Of a stretch of 64,000 nt of DNA, positions 12,902-24,818 are shown in pieces. The position numbers and the translations under genes were made by a program. Source of the DNA: an uncultured Gammaproteobacteria bacterium (GTDB taxonomy: Bacteria > Pseudomonadota > Gammaproteobacteria > UBA9214); the NCBI GenBank assembly GCA_963773065.1, contig CAVYZN010000019.1:1-64000 (forward strand). Reading direction: 5' to 3'. The notes beneath the pieces were generated by a model that worked only from the letters and a program-made list of their open reading frames with translations, made no database searches and was not told where the DNA came from. Position 1 is the first letter of the stretch, and every line of letters starts with the position of its first letter.

Positions 12902-13655
12902 ATGTCCCTCATCCGCGTCGGAAATACCGTGACCCTGGCGAGGGAACCGGCGGCCGGCCTGTTTCTGGTGGCCAGACGAGAGCTCGATGACCCCCACTTC
13001 GCACAATCCGTCATCTATCTGTTGCGACACGGACCTCTGGGCACCAGCGGGCTGATCGTGAACCGCCCGAGCGGACTGAATCTTTCCGATGCCGTATCGG
13101 ACATCGACGACCAGGGCGTCGACTCCCGTCCAGTCTACTTTGGCGGACCGGTGGAATTCAGCACGGTGTCGATGCTGATCCGCAACGATCAGGAAAGCCG
13201 GCTGGTGGAGCATATTTCCGACGATGTCTACCTCAGCGGCGATCGCACGCGTTCTCGACCGGCTGCTGGCCGAGAAGAAACCGGACAATGCCCTGCACTT
13301 CTATCTGGGACATGCCGGCTGGACGCCAGGGCAACTGACGCTTGAGATCGAACGTGAAGAGTGGTACATCGTTGACGCCGATCCGGCGGTCATCTTCAGC
13401 GCCGACCCCGAATCGATCTGGAAACGGCTGATCGAAAAGATCGACCCGAGCGGCATCATTGCCGGCAGCGATTGGCCGGCAGACTCTCCTAGCCGGAGCC
13501 GAAATGTAGGGTGGGTTAGCGTTTTTTGCGTAACCCACCAAGCGTTGCGCAGCAACACAACGCATCTTTTTAATGAGTGCCTGGCGGCACATCCGGTGGG
13601 TTACGGCACCAACGGCGTGCCTGACCCACCCTACATCGATTCTGGAACCGCCTGA
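12902..13655 (+). CDS. YqgE/AlgH (DUF179) family protein, frameshift near 13245
   Basis: LDDPHFAQSVIYL, GLIVNRP, YFGGPV, GHAGWTPGQL; possible signal-peptide extension from ATG 12814. Confidence 0.85.
13506..13652. repeat. GTAG-type REP doublet (REPIN/BIME-like)
   Basis: GTAGGGTGGGTTAGC...CGTAACCCACC and inverted partner GGTGGGTTAC...ACCCACCCTAC; 13551-13652 recurs at 45653-45749. Confidence 0.8.
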
Positions 13656-13734
13656 GTAAGTGCCATTCGCGCCTTAATCCAATTCTTTTCACTCGCTAAT
13701 CTTTTCCTAACATCCTCCCTCTATACAGTGCGCC

Positions 13735-15634
13735 ATGTCCTGCGTCGTGAACCCGAACCCGCGCACCGAAAGCGCCTCGCTGGAGTCGCTGCTCGAAGAG
13801 GTCATCGAGCTGCGCACCGTCGCCGTGCAGCGGGCGGCCGCGCGCCTCGAACAGTTTGAAAGCTGTTTTCCCGAGGCCCGCTACACGCCCAGCGCCGCGA
13901 ACCTCGCCCATTACCTGGCGGTGCGCCAGCACGAGCTGCGTACACTGCAGGACCGGCTGGCGCAGGTCGGGCTGTCCTCGCTCGGGCGCGGCGAGGCGCA
14001 CATCCTCGCCAATCTCGACAGCGTGATCGATATCCTGTCCCGCCTCACGGGCCGCCCGGCGCCGGCCTTCGCCGGCGCCGGGGACGTCGTCACCCACGCC
14101 GAGGGCAGACGCATCCTGGAGGAACACACCGGGCAGTTATTCGGCCCGAAACCCGCTGAGCGCAATGTCCGCATCATGGTGACCTTCGCCAGCGACAACG
14201 CCACCGATTACGACTCGGTGCGGCAGTTGCTGCTGCAGGGCATGGACTGCGCGCGCATCAATTGCGCCCACGATGACCGCGCGACCTGGCGGCGGATGAT
14301 CGGCAATATCCGCCGCGCCGAGGCGGAGACCGGCCGCCCGTGCCGGATATTGATGGACCTCGCCGGGCAGAAGCTGCGCACCGGGCCGATCGCCGCCGGT
14401 CCCGCGGTGCGTCACCTGAAGGTGAGGCGCGACCGCTACGGCGCCGTCGTCGAACCGGCAACCGTGCTGATCGGCGCCGATACCCAGCCGGATGAACTGC
14501 CCGCCGGGGCGGCCGGCGCGGCACAGTACCGCCTGACGATACCCGCGGCCATCCACGAGGAACTGCTGCCGGACGACCGCCTCAGTTTCACCGACACGCG
14601 CGGCAAACGCCGCCACCTCGAGATCGCCGGACGCAGCGCTCGGCGGCGACCTGATCGCGTACTGCCGGCAGAGCGCCTATCTGGCGGCCGACACCTGCTT
14701 CGAATGGTACCGGCGCGGAGCGAGCGGGCATTACCGCTTCGGTCCGGGCGTGCCCCTGACCCCCTTCCGGGGCGAACCGGTGCGCATACGCCTGTTTCGC
14801 GGCGACCCGCTGCTGCTGGTGGCCGATGGCGCACCCGGCCGCGACGCCCGGCGCGATGACGGCGGGACCATCATCGAGCCGGCCCGCATCAGTTGCTCCC
14901 ACGGTGAGGTCATCCGCGCACTCCGGCCCGGGCACACGGTCTGGATCGACGACGGCAAGATCGGCACGGTCGTCGAGACCGTGCAGGATCATGGCGCCCT
15001 GCTGCGGGTGGCGGAGGCGGCGCCGCGGGGGGCCGTGGTCCGCGAGGACAAGGGACTCAACTTTCCCGACACGGAACTGAACCTGCCGGCGCTCACGGAC
15101 AAGGATCTCGATGACCTGGATTTCGTCTGCGAACACGCCGACATGGTGGGCTACTCCTTCGTGCAGAGCCACGAGGACGTACTGCAACTGGTCCGGGAAC
15201 TGGAGCGTCGCGCCGCCGCCCACCTGCCGGTGATCGCCAAGATCGAGACCGGCAGGGCGGTCAGAAATCTTCCCGGGATCATCCTCGGCACCATCGGCCG
15301 CCACGCGCTCGGCATCATGATCGCCCGCGGCGACCTGGCGGTGGAACTGGGCAGCGTGCGGCTGGCCGAGATCCAGGAGGAAATCCTGTGGCTGTGCGAG
15401 GCGGCGCACGTACCGGTGATCTGGGCGACCCAGGTGCTGGAGACGCTGGCGAAGCACGGGGCGAAATCCCGCCCCGAGATCACGGATGCCGCCATGAGCG
15501 TGCGCGCCGAATGCGTCATGCTGAACAAGGGCGACTACATCCTCGACGCCCTGCGGGTGCTGGGCAATATCCTGTCGCGCATGGAGGCCCATCAGCATAA
15601 AAAGACCACGCGCCTGCGCGCGCTGCACTGGTAG
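13735..15634 (+). CDS. pyk: Pyruvate kinase, long variant (frameshift near 14640)
   Basis: ARINCAH, MDLAGQKLRTG, IDDGKI, KGLNFP, IAKIET, MIARGDLAVE, ATQVLE, ECVMLNKG. Confidence 0.92.
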
Positions 15635-15901
15635 AGCGGCCGGCTATCGCCGCCCCCGCCCGGCGCCATGTCCGGCCACGCCGCGGATACACGTGCCGAG
15701 GTGGCGCCCCCCTGGAACGAAGTGTCGCTGCCCGCCGTCCTTGATCTGAAGCAATACATCGTCCGATAGTCGGCTATATACTCCCGTGAGTCGCTTGCTA
15801 CCGTCACCGGCAATCCACACCCGATGTATGGGAAGTCCCTCCTCTCCGATGGCGATAGCTAACACCCGACACCCGTAGCAAAAACATCGGAGGAACACTT
15901 C

Positions 15902-16096
15902 ATGCGCAACGTTGAACTGGCCCAGACCGACATCGCCGAATGGATCGCGTCGTTACTCCCGCCTGAGCTTTGGGATCGTTATTGCTATCTCACCTATGCC
16001 CAAATGGCGGAGGTTCCCGAACTGGCGGAATATGCTGACGATTTACGTGAGGCCGAGAGGGATTGGTATCGCGCGCGTAAGATACGGCGTCATTGA
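15902..16096 (+). CDS. Small hypothetical protein
   Basis: 64-aa ORF with GGAGG RBS in lower-GC sequence. Confidence 0.5.
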   Translation: MRNVELAQTDIAEWIASLLPPELWDRYCYLTYAQMAEVPELAEYADDLREAERDWYRARKIRRH

Positions 16097-16459
16097 GGTA
16101 GCCTTACCGCATGACATTAAGCGACTAGCAGGAAGCACACGAAGTCATCTTTGATGAACTGCACCTGCCTCGCCTGCATAATCCGCTCATGCTCCCCCCG
16201 CTCCCACTGAGCCAGTAGCCGCAAGGGGACTGCCACTTGCTCACGGTCATTCGCTTGATGGCATCCCTGCGGGAAGCATGGCATGACGGGTGTGGCGCGT
16301 CTGTCGGCCTTGGTTGATGTTGATATATCGAGAAAGCTAAATAGGCGGGTTCGACCCCTAGTTGCCCTACGAGCGACCGTCGGAATTCCTAGCAGCTTTC
16401 CCGCTCCTCAACCGCCGACCCGGTGTGTAGCAACCGACAGAAGAGCCAGGGAGCGCGCG

Positions 16460-16575
16460 TGAGCCTAACGCTCTCCGATGGGCAAGACCTGATGAAGGGC
16501 AAGCGAGTTGCGGCATTCACGGACAACGAAGAACGTGCTGTCAGACTCGACACAGTGGTGCGGTATCTGCGGGCG
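16460..16575 (+). pseudogene. Fragment of DJ-1/PfpI (type 1 glutamine amidotransferase-like) gene
   Basis: LTLSDGQDLMKGKRVAAFTDNEERAVRLDTVV resembles an internal segment of that family; no start or rest of gene. Confidence 0.6.
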
Positions 16576-16930
16576 ACAATGGCCCCGCAACGCGGCGGGA
16601 ATCGGCGGCATTGGCCCCCTGGCGGCCGAAGCAGCCAGGGTGTGCAACCGTCAGATCATTAGAGGGTAGGACCCGGTAAGGGAGCGCCCCCCGGATGTAG
16701 CTGCCCATCGTCACCGAGAATCTGGCCGTCCCACGTCGCCGGGCGGTGCGTAGTCTCAAATGCGAGGATTTGCACAGGAGCCCTATAAATACCACCGCGC
16801 ACGGCCTGATGGCGGTGTTGACCGGAAAGTAGAGGTAGAGAGGAAGGATTCTTCGGCGGTAGTGGAGGAATTCAGTAAGATTTCGTGCCGATAGCGTGGC
16901 GGACGGCTGTCTACTACCTGTGAACGACAC

Positions 16931-18937
16931 GTGGACTTTGGGAAAAATGGATGTTTATACTTTCTTGTATCTCATGCTGCTAACGTTCTCCCACCGGATG
17001 AGGGCCCAGCGATTCAGACTTTTCAGCGTGCGCCCGGCACACCCGCACTGCCGGCCACCCCGTTCCGCTTCATCTGTTATTTCGTAGCAGATACCGCTGG
17101 TGGTATCTCGGCATGCTGGTGTTTGAGACCGCCAACGCCACATGCGGCATCATGATCCCCTACGCGCTCTCGCGCATCATCAAGAGCGTGACCACGGCGC
17201 AGGAAACCTCGATGGCGGTGGTTGCCCATCTGCGGGGGCCGTTGCTGCTGTTCGTCGCCTTGTGTGTGGGTGAACTGGTATTCGGCCGGCTGGCCGGCGC
17301 CATCCAGATCCGCCTCGGTCCGCGCCAGCGCCAGAGCGTGACGCGCATCGTTTATCATTACTTACAGCATCACTCTTATCGTTATTTCAGTAGCAACTTC
17401 GCGGGTGCGCTCGCGCATCGCATATCGGAAACCTCAATGGGCGTGACACAGACACTGTGGGCGCTGATCACCGAATTCTGGCCTATCGCCATCGCGATCA
17501 CTGTTGCGGTGGCGCTGTTGTTCCAGGCGCATGCGCAGTTGGGCTATTTGCGCTGGCCTGGGCGATATTCTTTATCGGCGTGTCTTTTCTGCTGGCCAGG
17601 CGTTGCCGGCCGTATGCTCAGGCGGCCGCGGCCACGCGCAGCGAGACCACCGGCACGGTGGTCGATTCGGTGACCAATCTCACCAGCGCGCGGCTATTCG
17701 CGCGCCTGGGCTTCGAGCGCGAGAATCTGGAGCACAATCTGATGCGCGAGATGAAGGCCATCCTAATATCCCATAAGTACTCCGAGGGCATTCGCTGGTT
17801 CCAGTTTTCGGCGGCGGCAGTGCTCAAGGTTGGGCTGCTGTACTACGCCTTGCGTCTGTGGGGACAGGGGCAGATCGGCGTCGGCGACTTCGTCATGGCG
17901 GTCAGCCTGTCGCTGCTCGTCATCAACGAGGCGCGCAATCTGAGCCGGCGCTTCCTGGAATTCTTCGAATACGTGGGCAACGTTTCCAACGGCGTGTACA
18001 CCATCGTGCGCGCGCACGAACTGATCGATACGCCGCAGGCTAAGGCCATCCCCATCCGCCGGGGCGACATCGAGTTTCGTGAAGTCGATTTCGGCTACAC
18101 GCCGGGGCGCAAGGTCTTCGACAAACTCAGCGTGCACATCCCGGCCGGCCAGCGCGTGGGCCTGGTGGGCTTGTCGGGCTCGGGCAAGTCGAGCTTCGTG
18201 AGCCTGATCCTGCGCCTCTACGATCCACAGGGCGGCCGGATCCTCATCGATGGCGTCGATATCCGCAGCATGACGCAGGATTCACTGCACACGCAGTTGA
18301 GCCTGATCCCGCAGGACCCCGGGTTGTTTCACCGCACGCTGCGCGAGAATATCCGCTACGGCCGGCTAGAGGCGAGCGACGAGGAGGTGGCCGTGGCCGC
18401 GCGCAAGGCGCATGCGCACGAATTCATTGCGCAGATCAAGGAAGGCTAGATTCACTGGTCGGCGAGCGCGGCGTCAAGCTCTCCGGCGGGCAGCGCCAGC
18501 GCATCGCGATCGCTCGCGTCATCCTCAAGAATGCGCCCATCCTGATCCTGGATAAAGCCACCTCGGCCTTGGATTCCATCACCGAGCACGCGATCCAGGA
18601 CACGCTCAATACGGTGATGCGCGGCAAGACCGTCATCGTCGTTGCGCACCGGCTCTCGACCATTGCCCACATGGATCGCATACTGGTGTTCGATGACGGC
18701 CGCATCATCGAGGATGGGTCGCATACCGAACTGCTGGCGCAGGGCGGCGCCTATTACCGTCTGTGGAGCCGGCAGGCGGGCGGCTTCCTGCCCGAGGCCA
18801 TCGGCGGCGAATCCGCCGGCAAGACGGGAGGCCTGGCCACCTTGTCGGCGCACGAGGGCGGGTTGCTGATCGTCGACAAGGACATCCATGAAGACGATGA
18901 CGAACCCGACGCCCCGGCGCCGCCGCCGCTGGTGTAA
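16931..18937 (+). CDS. ABC exporter, fused permease/ATP-binding protein (several frameshifts)
   Basis: TM domain; Walker A GLSGSGKS; [13 protein letters not shown] at ~18480; VAHRLST; pieces 16931..17155, 17113..17673, 17457..18449, 18569..18937. Confidence 0.88.
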
Positions 18938-19124
18938 GGCGCATATCGAGATGACTTCCAGGCGGGCGACAAGCGCATCAGCCTGTACGTGTTCGGCGAT
19001 GATTTCTCCAGCCCGATCTTCGCCGCGCTGATGTGCAAGCGGGCCGAGAACAACAACGGCGGCTTCGTGGGGCTCAGCAGCAAGCATTCCGCAGTTTCAA
19101 ATTCGATCAGCCTGTCGTGAGAAC

Positions 19125-19338
19125 GACATCGTCGCCTCCCGCATCATCGGCCAGTTCGAGGGCACCATCGAAAAGATCGTGGCCCTGGCCGCGCTCATGC
19201 CCATCGTGGCAAGCGTCGGTGGCAATACCGGCCAGCAAACCCTGGCCCTGATGATCCAGGGCATGGCCCTGAAACAGGTAAATTCCGGCAACTTCCGCTA
19301 CCTGCTGAGCAAGGAAGTGGGTGTGGCTTTGATTTTTC
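19125..19338 (+). pseudogene. mgtE membrane-domain fragment, interrupted by ISL3 and resuming at 20973-21012
   Basis: SRIIGQFEGTIEKIVALAALMPIVASVGGNTGQQTLAL...KEVGVAL, then IFLGLAASFLSV* after the IS; resembles intact MgtE at 37292..38599. Confidence 0.8.
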
Positions 19339-19373
19339 GGCTATTCCGCACAAAATGTGGGTAGCCGGTGTGG

Positions 19374-19688
19374 CTAGTTGAGGTTTTTAAGGAAGATATT
19401 TCTTCCTATTTTGACACAGCGTTTGACCTTGGCTTGTCCCTCTGTGGTGGGCATGAGATGGCCACATTTTCGGTATTGATCAAGTTCAACACGGTAGACA
19501 TCGATGCGTCTGCCGGCGAGCCTGCCATTAAGATCGACTGGGTAGGTGGCGATCTTACGTTTGAGCGAAGTGCTTGAGCACTGCTCGCAGATGCCAGAGG
19601 TGGCGTGGGGGTTTTTGCGCTTGAGTAGGGTGAGCCAGTTCCGCATACTCCGATTTTCCCAGAACTGGATGATCCATGCACCTTGCAT
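19374..19688 (-). CDS. YgiT/MqsA-type zinc-finger-like passenger protein
   Basis: CEQC...RIDVYRVELDQYRKCGH; one Cys of the second pair replaced by Tyr; start probably ~19646. Confidence 0.55.
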   Translation of the reverse strand: MQGAWIIQFWENRSMRNWLTLLKRKNPHATSGICEQCSSTSLKRKIATYPVDLNGRLAGRRIDVYRVELDQYRKCGHLMPTTEGQAKVKRCVKIGRNIFLKNLN

Positions 19689-20967
19689 TGAAGACGCTGC
19701 TCAACCGCGTTGAGCCGATGAAGGGGTTTGTCTATGAGTCGAGCCGAATCAGCACGGCGGTTGGCACTCGAAGGGGGAGCTTGTCCGCCTGTGTGCCGAG
19801 CATCGAGATCGGTCTTCGCGCGCATCAGGGCAAGCATGGCAAGTGCTCGCAGTGCCTGTTGCCGGCGCCGGGGTACGACAGGCTGGCGGAGCGGTGCTTT
19901 CAATTTGTGCCACTGTGGGGAATGACGACTTGGTTCGTGTACGCGCCACGGCGGCTGGAGTGCGTTCGGTGGGGTATTCACGTGGAGCATCTACCGTGGG
20001 CCTTGGGCAAGCGCCCGGTCACGCAGAGTTTTGCCTGGTTCCTCGCCAGTTGGGCCAAACTGCTGAGCTGGCAGGTGGTATCCCGGCGCTTCCAGACCAG
20101 CTGGGAGAGCGTATTTCGCTCCGTCGAGATGGCGGTGATCTGGGGACGCGAACGCTGGATCTCACCGGTATTTCGGCTATCGGCGTGGATGAAATCTACT
20201 GGAAGAAGGGCAAGTTCCTCACGCTGGTGTATCAGATCAACCAGGGTATGAAGCGGCTGTTGTTTGTCATCGAGGATCGACAAGAGAAGAGCCTGCGTAA
20301 GTTCTTCGTCTGGTTCGGCAAGGAACGTAGTGCGCTCATCGAGTTCGTCTGCTCGGACATGTGGAAGCCCTATCTTAATGTCATCGCCAAGCACGCACCC
20401 AACGCGCTGAACATCCTGGATCGCTATCACATTGCCGCCAAGATGAACAAAGCCATCGATGAGGTTCGCGCGAAGGAAACACACGCTCTGAAACTCCTCG
20501 CTAAAGGAGCGAAGGTGATCCTCACGCACTCGCGCTGGTGTCTGTTGAAGCGCCCTGAGAACTTGAACGAGAACCAGGCGACCAAGCTCAAGGATCTGCT
20601 CTTGTACAACCTGAAATCCATACGGGCCTACCTGCTCAAGGAAGAGTTCCAGCTGTTTTGGGAGTATGTCTCCCCGGCGTGGGCGGAAAAGTTCCTGGAC
20701 CAATGGTGCAAAAAGGTGATGCGATCGCGCCTTGAGCCGATGAAGAAGATCGCACGGCCAGGATCCGTACGCACAAGCAGCATCATCCTGAACTGGTTCG
20801 AGGCGCGCGATGAAGTCTCACTCGGCGCAGTCGAGGGCCTGAACAACAAACTCAAGGCGAGTATCAGAACATCCTACGGATTTCGAACCGCGAAGGCGAT
20901 AAAGATTATGCTTTATCATAAACTTGGGGCGCTACCCGAGCCACAGCTCACCGACAGATTCGGTTAG
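19676..20967 (+). CDS. ISL3 transposase (frameshift near 20155)
   Basis: Zn-finger CSQC; IGVDE, CSDMWKPY, LDRYH, VEGLNNKLK, YGFR. Confidence 0.92.
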
Positions 20968-21297
20968 GATCTGATTTTTCTCGGTCTCGCCGCAAGCTTT
21001 CTCAGCGTCTGAGCGATGGGCTGATGCTGCGGCTGACCCGGTGTTCTTCGACCCGTTGTAGTCCTTAGAACAAAATGCCGGAATGGCTGAAACGCAGGGA
21101 AAACCGGACGTTCACATCGTTATAGAACTCGTACTATAGTAATCGTACGTGCTATCGGTTGGGGTAAATGACAACGGGCGAAGATCCCTGCCATGTTGAA
21201 CGGCATTCATAACAATGCCTGCTTTACTAACGACTGGCACGCATATGTGGCCCGCCGGCTCGAGATTCCGTCCGCGCCGGACCCGAAGGAGAATGAT

Positions 21298-22236
21298 ATG
21301 ACCGACTCCAGCGCGAGCCACCCTGCCTGGCCCGAACTGCCGTACACGGCATGGGTGGAAAGCTGTACCACGCTGCATCTTTGGACCCAGGTCGTCGGCA
21401 AGGTCCGTCTAGCCAAGTCGACCTGGATTAACCACTCCTGGCACGTGACCCTCTATGTGACCGCGCGGGGACTGACCACCTCCCCGATCCCGGACGGCCA
21501 GCGTCAGTTCCAGATCGACTTCGATTTCATCGATCACCGGCTGCTGGTGTCTGTGAGCAATGGCGAGACCAGGAGCCTGCCGCTGGCCCCGATGTCGGTT
21601 GCGGATTTCTACCAGGGCTTGATGGGATTGCTTGCGGAATTGGATATAGACGTAAGCATCCATGAATTGCCAAACGAGATTCCGGACCCGGTCCCGTTCA
21701 GCCAGGACCATGTTCACGCCGCCTACGACGCCGACTACGCCAATCGGTACTGGCGGGTACTGCTGCAGGTGGACCGCGTGCTCAAGGAATTCCGGGCGTG
21801 TTTCACAGGCAAGTGCAGCCCGGTCCACTTCTTCTGGGGCAGCAATGACATGGCGGTCACGCGCTTCTCCGGAGGACTGCGCCGCAACATCCGGGGGGCA
21901 TTCCCCATCTGCCGGATCGCGTGACCCGCGAGGCCTATTCACACGAGGTCAGCAGCGCGGGCTTCTGGCCTGGGGGCGGTCCCATCGACTATGCCGCTTT
22001 CTACTCCTACGCCTATCCGGTGCCCGAGGGCTTCGCCGATCAGCCGGTCGGTCCGGAGGCGGCATTCTTCCACGATGACTTGGGCGAATTCCTCTTGCCC
22101 TACGACTGCCGTGCGGACCGCCACCGATCCTGACGCGACGCTACTCCGGTTTCTGCAAAGCACCTACGAAGCGGCGGCGAGGACCGCTGACTGGGATCGA
22201 GCGGCTCTGGAGCGTGAGCCCGGGCCGCCGACTTAG
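21298..22236 (+). CDS. DUF5996 family protein (frameshifts)
   Basis: TLHLWTQVVGKVRL, NHSWHVTLY, SPVHFFWGS, EAYSHEVSSAGFWPG. Confidence 0.85.
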
Positions 22237-22537
22237 CCGCGCTGGTAATGACCGATTACAGTAGACCTGCCGTTCCCATGAATTATGCGAATGACGTGTT
22301 CTGGCCGTTATGTACAATGTCGACCAATGTGCAGTGCGGTCGCTCATCTCCGACCCACCCGGTGCCGGGCCGGCCACGCTGCGGATACGCGTGCCGTGAC
22401 AGACAACCCACGGAATGAACTGTTGCCGCCAGCCAATTCGGCCAGACTCCAGTGTCGTCATACCGGCTGTGGTCGTCGGCAATCGACTCCAATATCTGCC
22501 ATTCATGCGTCGTTGGACTTGGACCCCGATTCCACCG

Positions 22538-23587
22538 CTAATGGCTGTGCCGGTGGTGCGTATCCGGAAAGTGGGGATGCGTATGTGTTAATGCTCCGTG
22601 CCGATGTAGATGGCGATGCTTTGTTCCTGGTGCAATTGGAACGTTGTGATTGTGCTGGTGATGTTCGTCATGAACATGTTCATGCTCATGCACGATATCC
22701 TCATGAGTGTGTTCGTGCTCATGGCGCTCGCTGAGATGTAGCCATGCGCCCAATGCCATCAAGGCACCGGCGGCGAGCAATTGAACCGTGACGGGGTCAC
22801 CCATAAGCACAGCCACCAGCGCACCGAAGAACGGTGCGACGGAGAAATAGGCTCCGGTCCGGGCCGTCCCAAGATGACGTAAGCCGACTACGAATAACAC
22901 CAGACTCACACCGTAGGCAAGCAGACCAACGATTAATGCCCCTGCCAGGTTGGGCAGGGTTGGCATGGATGCGCCCAGGTACAAGGCCAGAATCAGATTG
23001 ACAGTGCCGGATACCAGGCCTTTCACGGCGGCGATCCATGTGGCATCGGCAAGCGAAATCTTGCGGGTGAGGTTGTTGTCAACACCCCACGCGAAACAGG
23101 CGCCCAAAACCGCAAGCGAGGACCACAGACCGGTGATCCGCGCTTCTCCCGGCCAACTTAGAACGACTGCGCCGGCGACGATTGCCATCATCCCCAGCGC
23201 AATGCGTCGGTCGAAATTTTCCTTGAAAACGAACCATGCCAGCAATGCGGTGAATGCGCCTTCGGCATTCAGAAGCAGAGAAGCGCCCGATGCAGGCATG
23301 CCCGTCAGACCGATCATAAGAAGCACAGGGCCAACGATACCGCCCACCAGAATTGCTCCCGCAAACCAGGACAGCTCGTTCCGTTGAAGATGAACGGCAG
23401 GCGCCCTGACCAAGCGCCGATAGAGCGTCAATCCTAGACCAGCCCCCAGATAGAGTAAGCCCGCCATCATCCAGGGACTGATGGCGTCAAGCAGCCACTT
23501 CGCAAGTGGGGTTCCAGCGCCAAACAACACTGCCGCCCCGAGAGCCGCGGAAATGCCCGACTGACGAAACGTCTTTTTCGATTCCAT
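22538..23587 (-). CDS. EamA/DMT transporter with His-rich C-terminal tail
   Basis: About 10 TMs, DNNLTRK, GTARTGAYFS, tail HEHEHTHE...HPHFPDTHHRHSH. Confidence 0.9.
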   Translation of the reverse strand: MESKKTFRQSGISAALGAAVLFGAGTPLAKWLLDAISPWMMAGLLYLGAGLGLTLYRRLVRAPAVHLQRNELSWFAGAILVGGIVGPVLLMIGLTGMPASGASLLLNAEGAFTALLAWFVFKENFDRRIALGMMAIVAGAVVLSWPGEARITGLWSSLAVLGACFAWGVDNNLTRKISLADATWIAAVKGLVSGTVNLILALYLGASMPTLPNLAGALIVGLLAYGVSLVLFVVGLRHLGTARTGAYFSVAPFFGALVAVLMGDPVTVQLLAAGALMALGAWLHLSERHEHEHTHEDIVHEHEHVHDEHHQHNHNVPIAPGTKHRHLHRHGALTHTHPHFPDTHHRHSH

Positions 23588-23865
23588 GTTCGGTTCTTAA
23601 TCGTGCGAACTAGCGAGGGTAAGCCTGTAACCTTCAAGTGTCCAATGACGATTTTGGCCGTAAGCCGACCCCGGCCCTTTGTTTGGCGCTTAACTATCAC
23701 AACCCAGGTGGATTGATCCAGCAAGTTGCCGGTCATTCATCACACGGGTTAATCGAGGGTTTATTGACAAAGCAGTTGCGAAACCCGTACCGCCCGTCAA
23801 TGCAGGGCTTGCGTATTTCTAATAATGTACCTTCGTCTGCCGGTTCTGATCCGCATTACGACACC

Positions 23866-24096
23866 TCAGGAAAGCCGCGCCAGGCGCTGTTCCACCCGCT
23901 CCAGCTCTTCGGCCGTCGATCTCGCGATGGCTTCCAGCACCTCGGCGTTCGCCAGTTGCGTAGCGCGTTCTTCCGAATCGGATTCGAGACCTTGCCGGAT
24001 ATCCTGCTTGATGGCTTCGAGCCGGGCGCGCAGCGCCCCACGCCGTGCCATCAGGCGCGCCTTTTCAGCCGCCAGTTCATCGTCTGCATCTGCCAT
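23866..24096 (-). CDS. DksA/TraR-like coiled-coil protein without zinc finger
   Basis: Two helices with DSEERA tip (DxxExA), ends LARLS* where the C4 finger would start; GGAGAG RBS. Confidence 0.65.
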   Translation of the reverse strand: MADADDELAAEKARLMARRGALRARLEAIKQDIRQGLESDSEERATQLANAEVLEAIARSTAEELERVEQRLARLS

Positions 24097-24318
24097 GGCT
24101 CTCCCCTATCCTGTTGCGATCAACGGGGCTGTTGGAAAAATGCGCTCCGCCTGCTACCCGTTGCCGTAATTCTACGGCATTCCCTGCCGGAAACCGATCT
24201 TCCGCTTTTTTTGCCGGTACAAACTGGTATGGTACGCCTCTGAGACACAGGCAGTCGCAGGCGAAACCGATCACCCGTCAACGCCCGCCTGGACACGCCC
24301 TGCACGAGAGACCGCCCG

Positions 24319-24818
24319 ATGGGACGTTACCGGCCACCCGCACCGAAATCCTCGCCCTACATCACCCCGGAGGGCCATCAGGCCCTGCAACAGGAGCTGA
24401 AGGACCTGTGGCTGCGCCGCGCCGAGGTCACCCGCGCCCTGACTGCCGCCGCCGCCGAGGGCGATCGCTCGGAGAACGCCGAATACATCTATCGCAAGAA
24501 GGAACTGCGCGAGATCGACTGGCGCCTGCGCTACCTGCAGAAGCGCCTGCCGGAGCTGAAGGTAGTGTCCAGTCCACCGTCCAATCCGGAGCTGATCTTT
24601 TTCGGCGCCTGGGTCACCCTGGAAGACGACGACGGCGTGGAGCGGGTCTATCGCATCGTGGGCGCGGACGAGTTCGACACCGCCCGCGGCTGGATCAGCA
24701 TGGACGCCCCGCTGGCGCGCGCCCTGATGAAGAAGACGCTCGATGACGAGTCCAGGTCGAGACGCCCGGTGGAGTCCGGCATTACCTCATCGTCGGGGTA
24801 CGCTACGAGGCACCCTGA
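24319..24818 (+). CDS. greB: Transcription elongation factor GreB (frameshift near 24750)
   Basis: [57 protein letters not shown]. Confidence 0.93.

Larger units (their letters stand above)
19339..20972 (+). mobile_element. ISL3-family insertion sequence with passenger gene
   Basis: 8-bp direct repeat GATTTTTC at 19331-19338 and 20973-20980; left end GGCTATTCCG; weak terminal IR; ISL3 transposase inside. Confidence 0.88.

Noticed and set aside
16340-16375. GGGTTCGACCCC as a tRNA T-arm or att-site remnant
   Set aside because: No acceptor stem, D-arm or CCA; match too short
16660-16880. Structured-looking noncoding stretch as an IS end or ncRNA
   Set aside because: Could not identify terminal repeats, a TSD or a known RNA motif
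22538-22730. His-rich repetitive sequence as a separate element
   Set aside because: It is the C-terminal tail of the EamA/DMT transporter, a known feature of that subfamily
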